A program made the position numbers and the translations under genes. From positions 1 to 52,720 of IMG/VR virus record IMGVR_UViG_3300027782_000115: a DNA stretch of 52,720 nt. One strand, 5' to 3'. This DNA is from a virus. Its lineage: Duplodnaviria; Caudoviricetes. Shown here in pieces: positions 14,737-24,559 of this stretch. Position 1 is the stretch's first letter, and each line of letters opens with the position of its first letter. The notes beneath the pieces were generated by a model. The model did not search any database and was not told where the DNA came from. It worked only from the letters and a program-made list of their open reading frames with translations.

Positions 14737-16144
14737 CGTCTGTGTTCATGCTGTTTAGAATTTCACGCAGTTTGGTGCTTTCTACTTGGGCTCGCACCTT
14801 GGCCACAGGTTGTCCTTCACTGGGCTCTTCACGTGCGGTTAGTTCTGCCTTGCGTTTGATCTGCTCAATTATACTGCTGCCACCTCGAGCTGCACCATTA
14901 TGACTTTCTTGTTCATCCTCGGGTAGATCACTGATTTTCAAACTTTCTAGATTGAATTCAAGATCAATCTTCATGCCCACACCACTGCTTGAACGAGTCT
15001 TCATTAACTGTAATTGATACCTACCACGTTCACGCATAGCACGGCTGGTAAAGATGCCAAACACATTGTCCGCTGTCTGAATCTTAGATAAGCCACCACT
15101 GATGTGACTGTGATCAAACTCGACTTCTTCAACTGCACCACGATTCAACTGTGCCGCAGTGACAAACACACAGTTCTTTTCCACTGCAAGATTTCTCAGT
15201 TCTTCTGATACATACTTGTCTTTGATAAACAAGTCTGCTGGTGAAATCTTCTTGCTCAAGGGCATCAACAAATCCAAATAGTCAACCAACAATACGTCAA
15301 CTTTCTTGCCTACTTTGATTTCATATTCTTTTAGATATGCACGAATGTCATTAGCAGTCTTACCACTGGGCATATATTTGACTTGTAACAAGCCAGATTT
15401 CTTACCAATGATTTTGACTTTCATTTCAACATCATCGAGATCCTTGAAGATGTCTTTTGTGGATATTCCTGTGACCATAGCATCAATACGCATCGATACC
15501 AATGCTTCTGAAAGTTCTAGTGTTAGGTAAACCACATTCAACCCCGCAAGTGCAAAGTTCACACCTAGATTAGCCAAGAACAGACTTTTACCTGCACCTG
15601 ATCCACCTGCAAAGATATTAAGCTCTCCGCGATTAAAGCCACCAAACAATCTACGATCCATACTGGGCCAGCCTGTGCTTACCTGTCCGTTCTTGTCTTT
15701 GATGCCCATTAATCGACCTCTAGGGTCATGAAAATAATCTGTGCCCATATCTCGAGCAAGTCCGATCTGTACAGCTTCTTTGATTAATACCTCCACTGCA
15801 CCGTAGTCATGTTTTTCTAATAAATCAGCTGATTGTATAATCGCACGTTCAAGAGCCTTGTGTTGAGTAAACTTTTCAAATTCATCCATGAACCAATCCA
15901 TATGGCCATCTTTGAGCTCACTAGGCTTGGCCAAATCTAATCTGCATGTAGCATTGACCATTTCATAATCAGGCAATACATTGTAGCCTTTGGCATATTC
16001 ATGTATGAATTCTGCTGCATCTTGTAGTTTGCGATCAAATAGGCTGTGATCAAAGATACCTTGACAGCGAACAAACACTTCAGCATCTGCCAGCATTAAT
16101 TCAAGATATAACTTTTGTACTTCGTATCCGTAATCTTTTATCAT
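14726..16144 (-). CDS. Replicative DnaB/T4 gp41-like helicase
   Basis: Walker A GGSGAGKS, TLELSE, Walker B LLVDYLD, AQLNR, MKTR. Confidence 0.92.
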   Translation of the reverse strand: MIKDYGYEVQKLYLELMLADAEVFVRCQGIFDHSLFDRKLQDAAEFIHEYAKGYNVLPDYEMVNATCRLDLAKPSELKDGHMDWFMDEFEKFTQHKALERAIIQSADLLEKHDYGAVEVLIKEAVQIGLARDMGTDYFHDPRGRLMGIKDKNGQVSTGWPSMDRRLFGGFNRGELNIFAGGSGAGKSLFLANLGVNFALAGLNVVYLTLELSEALVSMRIDAMVTGISTKDIFKDLDDVEMKVKIIGKKSGLLQVKYMPSGKTANDIRAYLKEYEIKVGKKVDVLLVDYLDLLMPLSKKISPADLFIKDKYVSEELRNLAVEKNCVFVTAAQLNRGAVEEVEFDHSHISGGLSKIQTADNVFGIFTSRAMRERGRYQLQLMKTRSSSGVGMKIDLEFNLESLKISDLPEDEQESHNGAARGGSSIIEQIKRKAELTAREEPSEGQPVAKVRAQVESTKLREILNSMNTDDEE

Positions 16145-16151
16145 AATACTA

Positions 16152-17099
16152 TTATACACTAATCTTTATATGCTTTACAACACCAAAGTCGTATTCCCAT
16201 TCTCTTTGTTTAGTATGATATAAAACCGCACCTACTGAACTGCTTGGATCTCCAGGATTAGGCAATGACCAAATATATTTGAATTTAGGTTCAACTACTA
16301 TCTTGTTGGCTTTGCTGTTCATAGCACAACCGCCCATGTATACTAGACAATCAGAATTAGTTAATTCTTTTGTCTTATTCATGATCATTTCAATTTGTTC
16401 TTCGAATACCAGTTGCACGGCGGCTGCAAGATTGCATTCGTCTTCTATGCTATCTATATAGAATTTTTGATCGTTAACACCTTTGTGAAAATTATAATTC
16501 AACTCTAGTAGACCTGTAAAATATTTCTTTACTCTATAATAAAAAATTTTAGGATCGCCTTTTTCAGACATTTGTTGTAATTGATATTCATCTTGAATGG
16601 GAGTCATTCCTAGAACATGTGTAAATGCACTATAAAATAATCCTAGACTATTTGGATAGCTGCGACTCCATACTTTACGCATTTCACCGTGTTTGCCTTC
16701 CCATATGGTAGCACATTCAAACTCGCCTATTGCATCGAGTACGACAATAGCACAGTGATTGAATGGGCTGGTATAATAGCCTGCCGCGGCATGACTGGCA
16801 TGATGCGGAGTATAAGTGATTGGTACATGCTGTAATTCTATGTTGTTCAAATATCTTCTAGGAAGTATACTTAAATCAAATGCTCTATTCAATTGACCTG
16901 CACGTAATTGTCTTGCTTTTTTAAGCCAGGGTTGTTCGTACCAAAAGATACGACTTGGTGCTCCGCAGCTTAGGGCACTATAGCTTATATCACTACTGAG
17001 TTCATCGTCAACACTAAATTTATTTGACAGTAGTTTCTGGTCCTTAAAAACTGCAAGACTACTTCCGTGATTTAGTGCATTTATTCCCCAGGCGATCAT
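16152..17099 (-). CDS. Carbamoyltransferase (NodU/CmcH family), N-terminal Kae1-like domain only
   Basis: HHASHAAA, VLDAIGE, SLGLFYS, GGCAMN, PGDPSSSVGA motifs. Confidence 0.85.
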   Translation of the reverse strand: MIAWGINALNHGSSLAVFKDQKLLSNKFSVDDELSSDISYSALSCGAPSRIFWYEQPWLKKARQLRAGQLNRAFDLSILPRRYLNNIELQHVPITYTPHHASHAAAGYYTSPFNHCAIVVLDAIGEFECATIWEGKHGEMRKVWSRSYPNSLGLFYSAFTHVLGMTPIQDEYQLQQMSEKGDPKIFYYRVKKYFTGLLELNYNFHKGVNDQKFYIDSIEDECNLAAAVQLVFEEQIEMIMNKTKELTNSDCLVYMGGCAMNSKANKIVVEPKFKYIWSLPNPGDPSSSVGAVLYHTKQREWEYDFGVVKHIKISV

Positions 17100-17212
17100 T
17101 TGTAAATGAAAGGATCACGTTTTCGCAATTCCTCTAGCCTGCGTTTAAATCTTCTATGTTCGAGATATTTGTTAAGGGGATACAGCACAAAGTCTACGAT
17201 TCTTTTAAACAT
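17096..17212 (-). CDS. Basic microprotein, 38 aa (not in ORF track)
   Basis: Overlaps both neighbours; MFKRIVDFVLYPLNKYLEHRRFKRRLEELRKRDPFIYK. Confidence 0.6.
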   Translation of the reverse strand: MFKRIVDFVLYPLNKYLEHRRFKRRLEELRKRDPFIYK

Positions 17213-18224
17213 TTCCTAACCTCTCTAATTTGTGTTCTTGTTGTTTCTTAGCCATATTAATTTTAATCTGTCCTTGTTGTGCTGTTTTTATTGCATCTAC
17301 TAGCACAAACAGCTTTCCATATCGACATACTGCATCTGCTACATCTTTTACATCAGCATCCCAATTTGGCATGGCCACTGCCCACCCAAGTTCTGCTGCA
17401 CGATCAAATAACACTACCCCTGCTCGATCTTGATCGGGAATAACAATAACTTCAGCACCTAGGCTATTGATTATTCTGCTTTGTTGTTCAGCAACCTCAT
17501 TAGTGAGCAGTGCTACACCGTCGATGGCCAAGGCGTCAAATGGACCTTCACATACAAATATATACTTCTGATTTTCTTTTTGTTGATCAAAATTGAAAAC
17601 AAAATGAGGGTGTTGATCCGATAGATATTTAGGTTTACCAGAGGTTACTTTTCTTGCAGTATTACCTACAATGCGCTCTTCCCACTTAAAAGGAATGATA
17701 ACACGGTGTTCGTACCCAGATGCAGGACTCCAGAAAAAGTTGCCATCAAACGGATCATATCCCCTACTCACAACATAGGCAATCACGAGCTCTACTTCTG
17801 AAGATATATCTTTCCAGTATTTGCTGTTTACCCATTCTAACAAAGGCATTGCACCTTCTGGTAGTTCTTTGTCTGTAAACTCTAGTTTAGTTTCGTGATG
17901 TTCTGGACGGTAATCATCACTTTCTGTTTTCATCGCTTCAAATACAAGTTCTTTGATGGTATCCTCGCCGGCTCCTAACCACCTACATAAGGTTTTCATC
18001 TTCTCGCCTATGCTACTGCCAGGTTGCCACCCAGTGGTAAATTTGCAATTAAAACAGTTATAGACTATGCCGTTGCCGTCGAATCTTATGCCAGCACGTT
18101 TGCGAGTGTCTGGGCTGTGTCCTCTGTGTTGACAGCAAGGTGCGTTGAATGATGTCCAACCAGAGGGACTTGATTTAGCACGAGGCGGAAGCAGTGTTCG
18201 AAATTTATCAACGACAAGAGTCAT
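17205..18224 (-). CDS. DNA primase (T4 gp61-like)
   Basis: Zn finger CC...YNCFNC; KYLS; TOPRIM EGPFDA, PDQD, KDVAD. Confidence 0.88.
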   Translation of the reverse strand: MTLVVDKFRTLLPPRAKSSPSGWTSFNAPCCQHRGHSPDTRKRAGIRFDGNGIVYNCFNCKFTTGWQPGSSIGEKMKTLCRWLGAGEDTIKELVFEAMKTESDDYRPEHHETKLEFTDKELPEGAMPLLEWVNSKYWKDISSEVELVIAYVVSRGYDPFDGNFFWSPASGYEHRVIIPFKWEERIVGNTARKVTSGKPKYLSDQHPHFVFNFDQQKENQKYIFVCEGPFDALAIDGVALLTNEVAEQQSRIINSLGAEVIVIPDQDRAGVVLFDRAAELGWAVAMPNWDADVKDVADAVCRYGKLFVLVDAIKTAQQGQIKINMAKKQQEHKLERLGNV

Positions 18225-18236
18225 GCTACAAGTATA

Positions 18237-19064
18237 CTATCTATACAGTATCTTGTCAACAGTTCCTGTGTTGTTTGTTGCCGGAATGTGTTTGACTCTA
18301 AACCAATTATACTTGCCTGTGACATTCTTGTATTTTTCATTGGCTAAATCAACTGTTGCAACGGTGCTAAATTTGGTATCTCGTGGTGTGGCACCTTGTG
18401 CGTCAAGGCTGGCTTGTATCTCCACTGTGCCGGTGTAATTGGTTGTGTAAAATTGAAATGTATGAATGGGATAAGCCGGTGATGTGTTGGGTCTAGCATC
18501 TATGATTGCACTGACATAGAATGGCAAGGGTTCTGAAGCACCCTGGGTAAATGGATTGGTATAGTTGAATGTATCTACTATCACACTGTCGGCCACTCCT
18601 CCATATACATCGCCTGTGACTTCCAAGGTGCCCACGGTGTCGTATTGACTGTCCATGTATAAGGGCATTTTAGAAGTCACTGTGTAGTCTGTGCTATCTA
18701 TAGTGGATCGAATTTCCTTGACTATGCTGTAGTTATAGAATCCCATATCAAGATCCAGAAGCTCTTCGGCAGTGACAATAACTGTGACCTTGCCTGTGGC
18801 AAGATCCATGGCAGTGAAATCTTTCTGTAGCACTAAATCTTTGGTGTCTTGGCTAATGAGATTAAATACCAAAGTGCTGCCAACGATGTTGCTGGCCTTT
18901 TGATCACTGTTACGGACCTGGATGTCAATGCGATTATCAACACCTCGAAATATTTTTAGATTTCTGTTATACACTCTGCGATACCTCTCAGTTGACCAAG
19001 TGTCCGTCGGGGTGGTAAATACATCGAGTTTGTTGACATATAAATAAACAGGATTAAATTGCAT
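18237..19064 (-). CDS. Hypothetical beta-rich protein, probably structural
   Basis: Thr/Val-rich; ATAAATA late motif at 19086-19092. Confidence 0.65.
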   Translation of the reverse strand: MQFNPVYLYVNKLDVFTTPTDTWSTERYRRVYNRNLKIFRGVDNRIDIQVRNSDQKASNIVGSTLVFNLISQDTKDLVLQKDFTAMDLATGKVTVIVTAEELLDLDMGFYNYSIVKEIRSTIDSTDYTVTSKMPLYMDSQYDTVGTLEVTGDVYGGVADSVIVDTFNYTNPFTQGASEPLPFYVSAIIDARPNTSPAYPIHTFQFYTTNYTGTVEIQASLDAQGATPRDTKFSTVATVDLANEKYKNVTGKYNWFRVKHIPATNNTGTVDKILYR

Positions 19065-19095
19065 ACACTAACGGACCTTTAGCAGTATTTATCGA

Positions 19096-19467
19096 ATGAG
19101 AATAACAACTAACCTACAAGAAAATTTCCCTTTTATCAGCGTTATAGTGCATGTTAGCCACGAATATGTGGGCATCATTATCAACCAAGATGCCCAGGTC
19201 ACTAGTATGTATGACTATTCTATGATAAAAACAGACGAGGAAAAAAAACGATTTCTAGAGTTAGGTGAAGCATGGTGGTGGGAATCAAATAGACAAATTC
19301 CTATCAATATTTTTCTGGCACGTGAGATCTTTAATTTTAGATATGTGATCAAGAATTTTTCAACCAAAGATGTTAAATTAGTGCATGGTCCCTGTACCAG
19401 CCTCAACGATATCATTGTCAAAAGAATCAAACGTAAGTCGATCACCTTGGTTAGAAAAATAGGTTAA
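19096..19467 (+). CDS. Hypothetical phage protein
   Basis: ORF with WWWESNRQIPINIFL motif, on the opposite strand to its neighbours. Confidence 0.7.
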   Translation: MRITTNLQENFPFISVIVHVSHEYVGIIINQDAQVTSMYDYSMIKTDEEKKRFLELGEAWWWESNRQIPINIFLAREIFNFRYVIKNFSTKDVKLVHGPCTSLNDIIVKRIKRKSITLVRKIG

Positions 19468-20042
19468 CTATACCCGTAACTGACCTGCTCACAGATCAAA
19501 TTCATCTGCACCACAATGGCTACAGCATACGCAGTAGCATGCGATTGCTTGAAGAAGTATTCTTCATTGTCTGGTTTCGTCCAAACTTCCCTCATCACCG
19601 TAGTCCAGTCTTTGCCAATTAGATAACGTTTTGCAGGTCGAATCATTGCTAGAACGGCTGCTAGTTGTTCGATAGATTTTGGTTCCATCTGCCTTAGAAT
19701 ACTGCCATGACTATTCACATGGAACAAATTCTGAACGAAATCGTTGTCTTGTAGTAGATCCCATAATGGCTCAGTCTCCATTAATTGAACGAGATGAATT
19801 TCATCTCTGACACCTTTATAAATGCCAACATTTAAAAAATCAATCTTGAAATATTTTTCTGCTTCTACATGATCATAGGGCACACTACAAACAGCTTCTA
19901 CTGCATTCATGGGTACATTATGTAGATAGACTCCAGTGTTGTGTTTGGTCAATTGATTGTTATCAACACGACTAGCAGGGATATGTTTGAATAATTTCAA
20001 TGCAGTATCTCTGTCTACAAAGTCTATATCAATATCAGGCAT
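19464..20042 (-). CDS. Minimal DNA polymerase III alpha (DnaE-like) catalytic core
   Basis: PDIDIDF, KH..GVY, KIDFL, A.IRP and F.QSHA.AYA motifs in only 192 aa. Confidence 0.82.
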   Translation of the reverse strand: MPDIDIDFVDRDTALKLFKHIPASRVDNNQLTKHNTGVYLHNVPMNAVEAVCSVPYDHVEAEKYFKIDFLNVGIYKGVRDEIHLVQLMETEPLWDLLQDNDFVQNLFHVNSHGSILRQMEPKSIEQLAAVLAMIRPAKRYLIGKDWTTVMREVWTKPDNEEYFFKQSHATAYAVAIVVQMNLICEQVSYGYS

Positions 20043-20239
20043 TATTGCATCCTTGTGGTTTCAAACAATAACAGGGGTAATGTTTCAGCTAGAAATTCAG
20101 CGTATTCGTCAGCATCCTCGGCCTCGGCAAAGTTTGAAAATTTAACGTATACACAATGTTGTGAATCTTCTTCGGTGCTCATAACTTCGATTTCAATGTC
20201 ATCATTGGAAATAAATTTTTCTTTGTTTTCTGTTGTCAC
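20042..20239 (-). CDS. Acidic hypothetical protein
   Basis: Coupled ORF. Confidence 0.65.
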   Translation of the reverse strand: MTTENKEKFISNDDIEIEVMSTEEDSQHCVYVKFSNFAEAEDADEYAEFLAETLPLLLFETTRMQ

Positions 20240-20919
20240 AATATTTTTGCCTCTTTTATAACATCTTTGACTAATTCTAGATCTGCCGGCAAAGATTTAA
20301 ATCTACGCAACCAAAACTGCGGATCTATGATCGGACCAACAATTTCTAATTGTTCATCGTTCATACGCTGTAACATTTCCTTGCCAGACCGAGTATTTAA
20401 TATCATCCATGGAGATACCAGCCCTTCTTTAATATCATGCGTGGCTCGATTAAGATGCACGTAGGCAAAATAATGTTCCCATGGCGCTGTGTATTTTTCT
20501 CCCCAGGACATCATCGTGACAATAGAGCGTTGGATAGCGCCATCGGCAGGTTCTATCTTTACAAGTTCAGTGATATAATTAATGTACAATTCATCTCTGC
20601 ACCAATGATCTAATTTAACTCCACTTTTTACCACGAAGTCAATAAATCTTTCTGGATAGATAGGCGCTGTATTAACCAAGAAACTTCCAAACTTTACAAA
20701 GGCTGTGTAAAAACTCGAAGTAGCAAATTCGTCAAATGTCTTAGGCTGCTGTGCTTTTTGTGTAAGTTGATAGAATCGCTGAAAGGTCAATAATCCCATC
20801 ATCACATGTTTTTCGTCACGACTAAGATATCTGCGTTTTTGTTCGCAGACATGTACTGTTAAGGTTTTTTCCTTGGCAAACAATTTGCCGCAATATTCGC
20901 ATTTAAAGTTTAATTGCAT
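20236..20919 (-). CDS. Zinc-finger-containing hypothetical protein
   Basis: FKCEYCGKLF...L..H.C; probable start MQLNF. Confidence 0.7.
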   Translation of the reverse strand: MQLNFKCEYCGKLFAKEKTLTVHVCEQKRRYLSRDEKHVMMGLLTFQRFYQLTQKAQQPKTFDEFATSSFYTAFVKFGSFLVNTAPIYPERFIDFVVKSGVKLDHWCRDELYINYITELVKIEPADGAIQRSIVTMMSWGEKYTAPWEHYFAYVHLNRATHDIKEGLVSPWMILNTRSGKEMLQRMNDEQLEIVGPIIDPQFWLRRFKSLPADLELVKDVIKEAKIL

Positions 20920-21382
20920 TGACTTGTTTTTTGTCCCAGCCAAGTCCTTGGCAGTAGTCTTTGATTTCACGATCTGTGGTAATGGATGCAAGTGTAGCAA
21001 TGTCTGACCTTTTCATAGTTGGAAATAGTTCTGCAAGCAATTCTTCTTTTTTATTCTTTTCTTTCTTAAGAGGAATCCATTCATGGAATTGTTTAGATTT
21101 GCTGTGATGGCTGCATGCCGCTAAGGTTAGCCATTGTAGTTTAGGATGTTTACCGATCAATGCCCAATTCTTGTTATAGAATTCATTAACTACGAGTAGA
21201 TAGTGTTCTTGTATCTCTTGATCGGAGGTTGCGACACTGCTGATGTATCGATTGAGATTCCACAGATCGCCCTTGATTTCTTTTCTACCTTCGTCCGTGA
21301 CTGCATCCCATAATTCTTTGATTCCTTGATCTACACAAGGTATCATATCTTTGAATAGGTCTACGTGTTTATTTTTTGCCAT
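20903..21382 (-). CDS. Putative clamp-loader small subunit (gp62-like)
   Basis: LNRYIS..VNE..N..HPKLQW..W pattern; size and replication context. Confidence 0.55.
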   Translation of the reverse strand: MAKNKHVDLFKDMIPCVDQGIKELWDAVTDEGRKEIKGDLWNLNRYISSVATSDQEIQEHYLLVVNEFYNKNWALIGKHPKLQWLTLAACSHHSKSKQFHEWIPLKKEKNKKEELLAELFPTMKRSDIATLASITTDREIKDYCQGLGWDKKQVNAIKL

Positions 21383-21656
21383 GGTCTTTGCTTAGATGAT
21401 ATATTATTTTAACACGTTCTAGTGCTTCTTGTAAAGCACTATTTGTTTTGGCTGCTCGATGAATATCGCCCCACAGTTTATTTTCTTTTATGTGCTCAAT
21501 TAACGGACGACCGTCATCGGTTCGAGGATCCGGCTTGTCTTCCATTTCGTATTTGTATCCAATCAACTTACGGTCTGTCTCACCAAACTCTCGAGCATAT
21601 ACTTCTTCGCCATTTCGCTCGTAGATGTAAGTTGTACCTGGCTTGAGAGACCCCAT
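21369..21656 (-). CDS. Hypothetical protein
   Basis: ORF in the operon. Confidence 0.7.
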   Translation of the reverse strand: MGSLKPGTTYIYERNGEEVYAREFGETDRKLIGYKYEMEDKPDPRTDDGRPLIEHIKENKLWGDIHRAAKTNSALQEALERVKIIYHLSKDHGKK

Positions 21657-21657
21657 G

Positions 21658-22221
21658 TTAAACCTTTTCCATAGTGACTAGTAATTTCACAACATCAAAC
21701 GATACCCCTTGCTGAGTTGTAGGTCTTCCCTCGTACACCACCGAATGATCGTTGTATATTTTCCAATTAGGTAATGCTTGAAGTTTTTGTTTCCACCATT
21801 CTGGATTTTCTACAATTAAATGTGCGTTCCTGTCATCGCTGAGATTTTTTTTAGCAGGATGGCAAGCAATCAAATGATACATAACCTTGTTAGTTCTTTG
21901 TGCAAGATCAACTATTGTCTCATCCAATAGTTCCGGTTCGATGTGTTCTAACACATCAAAGCTAAAAATCATATCAACATTTTCTGGAAGATTGTCAAAG
22001 CTTTCTATTCCAGGATCAAATCCGTAAACTTTAATATCCGGATATTTTTCTTTTAACGCAAGGACCATGTGTCCTTTCCCACACCCGAAATCTAATATAG
22101 AATCAACTTGATATTTTTCAATCAAAAGAGTGATATCTTCTGGAATAACAGATTTATTTCCAAATGATTTGCTGTCGGTATGCAGTTTTTTTAATTTCTC
22201 TTGATATTCGGGAGTGAACAT
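21658..22221 (-). CDS. Class I SAM-dependent methyltransferase
   Basis: ILDFGCGKG, DVLEHI. Confidence 0.85.
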   Translation of the reverse strand: MFTPEYQEKLKKLHTDSKSFGNKSVIPEDITLLIEKYQVDSILDFGCGKGHMVLALKEKYPDIKVYGFDPGIESFDNLPENVDMIFSFDVLEHIEPELLDETIVDLAQRTNKVMYHLIACHPAKKNLSDDRNAHLIVENPEWWKQKLQALPNWKIYNDHSVVYEGRPTTQQGVSFDVVKLLVTMEKV

Positions 22222-22575
22222 TTATTTTTTATCTTTAGAGTATCCAACCGTGTCACGATCGATATCATCGTGGTCAAATTCTGCCCAATACAACTCAAAA
22301 GCAATGCAGTCGGTTACTGCTTCAAATTGATGATATTCGCCTGGGGCAACTTTTGTGTATTGTCCGGCTTTGAGCAATGTTTCATCCACGAGATCATAAT
22401 TGTTTTTCCAAACACGGATGATCATCTCTCCGGATTCGACAAAGAATCCATTCCACTTAAATTTGTGTTTGTGTTTTGAACATACGCCGCCCGCTTTGGC
22501 TTCGATTCGGTGAAACTCCAAAACACCGTTGGCTTCTAGCAATTCTGTTTGTCCCCATACTTTTCCTGCCTTCAT
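22222..22575 (-). CDS. Cupin-domain protein
   Basis: CSKHKH...F.V.SG...PGEYHQF; AAGGAG RBS. Confidence 0.8.
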   Translation of the reverse strand: MKAGKVWGQTELLEANGVLEFHRIEAKAGGVCSKHKHKFKWNGFFVESGEMIIRVWKNNYDLVDETLLKAGQYTKVAPGEYHQFEAVTDCIAFELYWAEFDHDDIDRDTVGYSKDKK

Positions 22576-22601
22576 ATTAACTCCTTAATGTGTGTATTTA
22601 A

Positions 22602-23108
22602 TTAGATCAATTTGTGTAGTTGTAAAACTTCACTTTGCCTTGATACTTCTTTGACAAAATATACACAGGGTGGATTTTTTTCATCGTGTAATGGCACTGT
22701 CAGTAATTGTCCGTTTTTCATTTTAGGAAAATACCAGCGCACATCTTGATAGATATTAACAATTTCTACAGGCATGAATTCTGCCCTAAATCCTTTGATT
22801 GGATTGAATACTAGTGCATCAAACCCTCGTTCGTTAATACTAGTTAATGGTAGAACTTCTGGATCAAGTCCGCATTCTTTGTCTCCTACTACCATACACC
22901 AATCTAGAGGCATCTGAATTTCATATCCTCCGATGTTGAGAACTATAGCTGGTGAATTAAACGATTCTAAAAATATCAGTGGCATGAAAAAGAAGTCTGG
23001 TTCTAGTGGATTTGAATTATCCAGCACTGAAAATCTTGTGTCTTCGTCTACCTCGTCTGGCAATTCGTTAAGATCAAACGATCTATTGTTTAATGTAAGT
23101 ATTCTCAT
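22602..23108 (-). CDS. Hypothetical protein coupled to UvsW
   Basis: ATGA overlap with the helicase. Confidence 0.7.
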   Translation of the reverse strand: MRILTLNNRSFDLNELPDEVDEDTRFSVLDNSNPLEPDFFFMPLIFLESFNSPAIVLNIGGYEIQMPLDWCMVVGDKECGLDPEVLPLTSINERGFDALVFNPIKGFRAEFMPVEIVNIYQDVRWYFPKMKNGQLLTVPLHDEKNPPCVYFVKEVSRQSEVLQLHKLI

Positions 23109-24559
23109 ATGTTAACCTTGGTGATGGCAAAGGGGTACTTGGCCTCTTTGTAAAACTTTTTTCTTTCTGTTAAGTGGCGTTTAGCATACTTGCAAGCAGA
23201 AGTTATGTCCCAGATCTCGACGTGGTCTTTGTCTTCTGCTCGCCTAATGCCTCGCCCAATGCTTTGTATAACGCGGACAAAGCTCTTTCCGGGTTCCAAA
23301 AGAACCAGATTAAAAATGCGTGGAATATTAATACCCACAGCGGCCACACCATAAGTCGCCACAATAATCTTTTGATCACTAGTTTTAATTTCATCATATT
23401 CATGTTTTCTTTCATCCAGTTTCATCCCACCACTGACGAAAACTGCATCCGGCATTAATTCAATCAGTTTATTTCCAGTGTCGATCCGATTGATCAATAC
23501 TAGAGTATTGCCATTAGCCGACAACTGCTGTATTTTATTTGCTATCCAGGTCAACCTTGTAGGGTCAGTTACTAGGAAGCTGTATTCTTCTTGATAACTG
23601 CGAAATACCTGTACGTCATTGATCTGCAAGATATTAATATTCAACTGAGCTAACACATCTTTCTGCTGTAAATCATATGCAGATACTCTGTTTATCACAG
23701 GTCCTATACTGGCCAAGATGCCTTGAAATTCCCATGCTTCCTTGGGTACCGTTCCTGTGAGTCCCCAACGTATAGCGCAGTTTTTAAAATTCTGAGTCAA
23801 CAATTTAGTCAACACCTCTGCTTTGGCTTGATGTACCTCATCAACTATGATTGCACATACTCCTTCACAGAATTCCGCCAGAGACATTGTGTCGTTGTCA
23901 TAGCTTTTCTTATCTAGTACATTAAGACTTTGCCAGGTGCAGATAGTATGTGTACGATTTAATTCTTTTCTATCGCCGAAATAAACTCCGACATCTAATC
24001 CTAAATTTTTGTAATCTTCTTCTGTTTGCACCACAAGACTCTTGTTAGGTACTATTACCATTGTTCGGCCATACGGCTCGCACAAATGGCTAAGTGTAGC
24101 AGTAGTAATAGTCTTACCAGCGCCTGTGGCTACTTCTTGCAAGGCCTGTGGATTTTCTAAAAACTTATTAATGACTTCAAATTGATAGTCTCTCAGCACA
24201 ATAGGTTCGCCTGCTTGTTGGTGACCCTTGGGCCAAGTCTTGCCAAGATTAGCCCAATAATTTTCATCGATGGCAGCAAATTTTAATTCATGTGGGGTCC
24301 GTAGATCTTCAACAGTAATATCATACCCCTCGTCGTCGATAACCGCAAGTATCACATCGAGGTGTGCAAGAAACCCACTGCCGCCGATATTAAAATATGT
24401 TTTTGTGCCATCCCAGCGACCTAGTTTGTAAGCGGGCATATGTCGTGCATATGGTAAATCAAACTTCAACTTATTGACAATTTTTCTTCGTGTTTCTACA
24501 CGCAGGCCCTCGACCTTAATGTTAACTTCATCTCGTATTGTCAATTTACAATTCAACAA
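23105..24559 (-). CDS. uvsW: UvsW-like SF2 helicase
   Basis: LRDYQ, ATGAGKT, DEVH, TGT, QSIGRGIR. Confidence 0.9.
   Translation of the reverse strand: MLNCKLTIRDEVNIKVEGLRVETRRKIVNKLKFDLPYARHMPAYKLGRWDGTKTYFNIGGSGFLAHLDVILAVIDDEGYDITVEDLRTPHELKFAAIDENYWANLGKTWPKGHQQAGEPIVLRDYQFEVINKFLENPQALQEVATGAGKTITTATLSHLCEPYGRTMVIVPNKSLVVQTEEDYKNLGLDVGVYFGDRKELNRTHTICTWQSLNVLDKKSYDNDTMSLAEFCEGVCAIIVDEVHQAKAEVLTKLLTQNFKNCAIRWGLTGTVPKEAWEFQGILASIGPVINRVSAYDLQQKDVLAQLNINILQINDVQVFRSYQEEYSFLVTDPTRLTWIANKIQQLSANGNTLVLINRIDTGNKLIELMPDAVFVSGGMKLDERKHEYDEIKTSDQKIIVATYGVAAVGINIPRIFNLVLLEPGKSFVRVIQSIGRGIRRAEDKDHVEIWDITSACKYAKRHLTERKKFYKEAKYPFAITKVNI

Noticed and set aside
19464-20042. dnaE pseudogene or intron-split gene
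   Set aside because: The ORF is intact, translationally coupled and keeps its motifs in order; flanks are occupied by other ORFs with no intron signature
22602-23108. Free-standing intein/Hint domain next to uvsW
   Set aside because: No N-terminal Cys/Ser or terminal His-Asn visible; cannot be supported without a profile search
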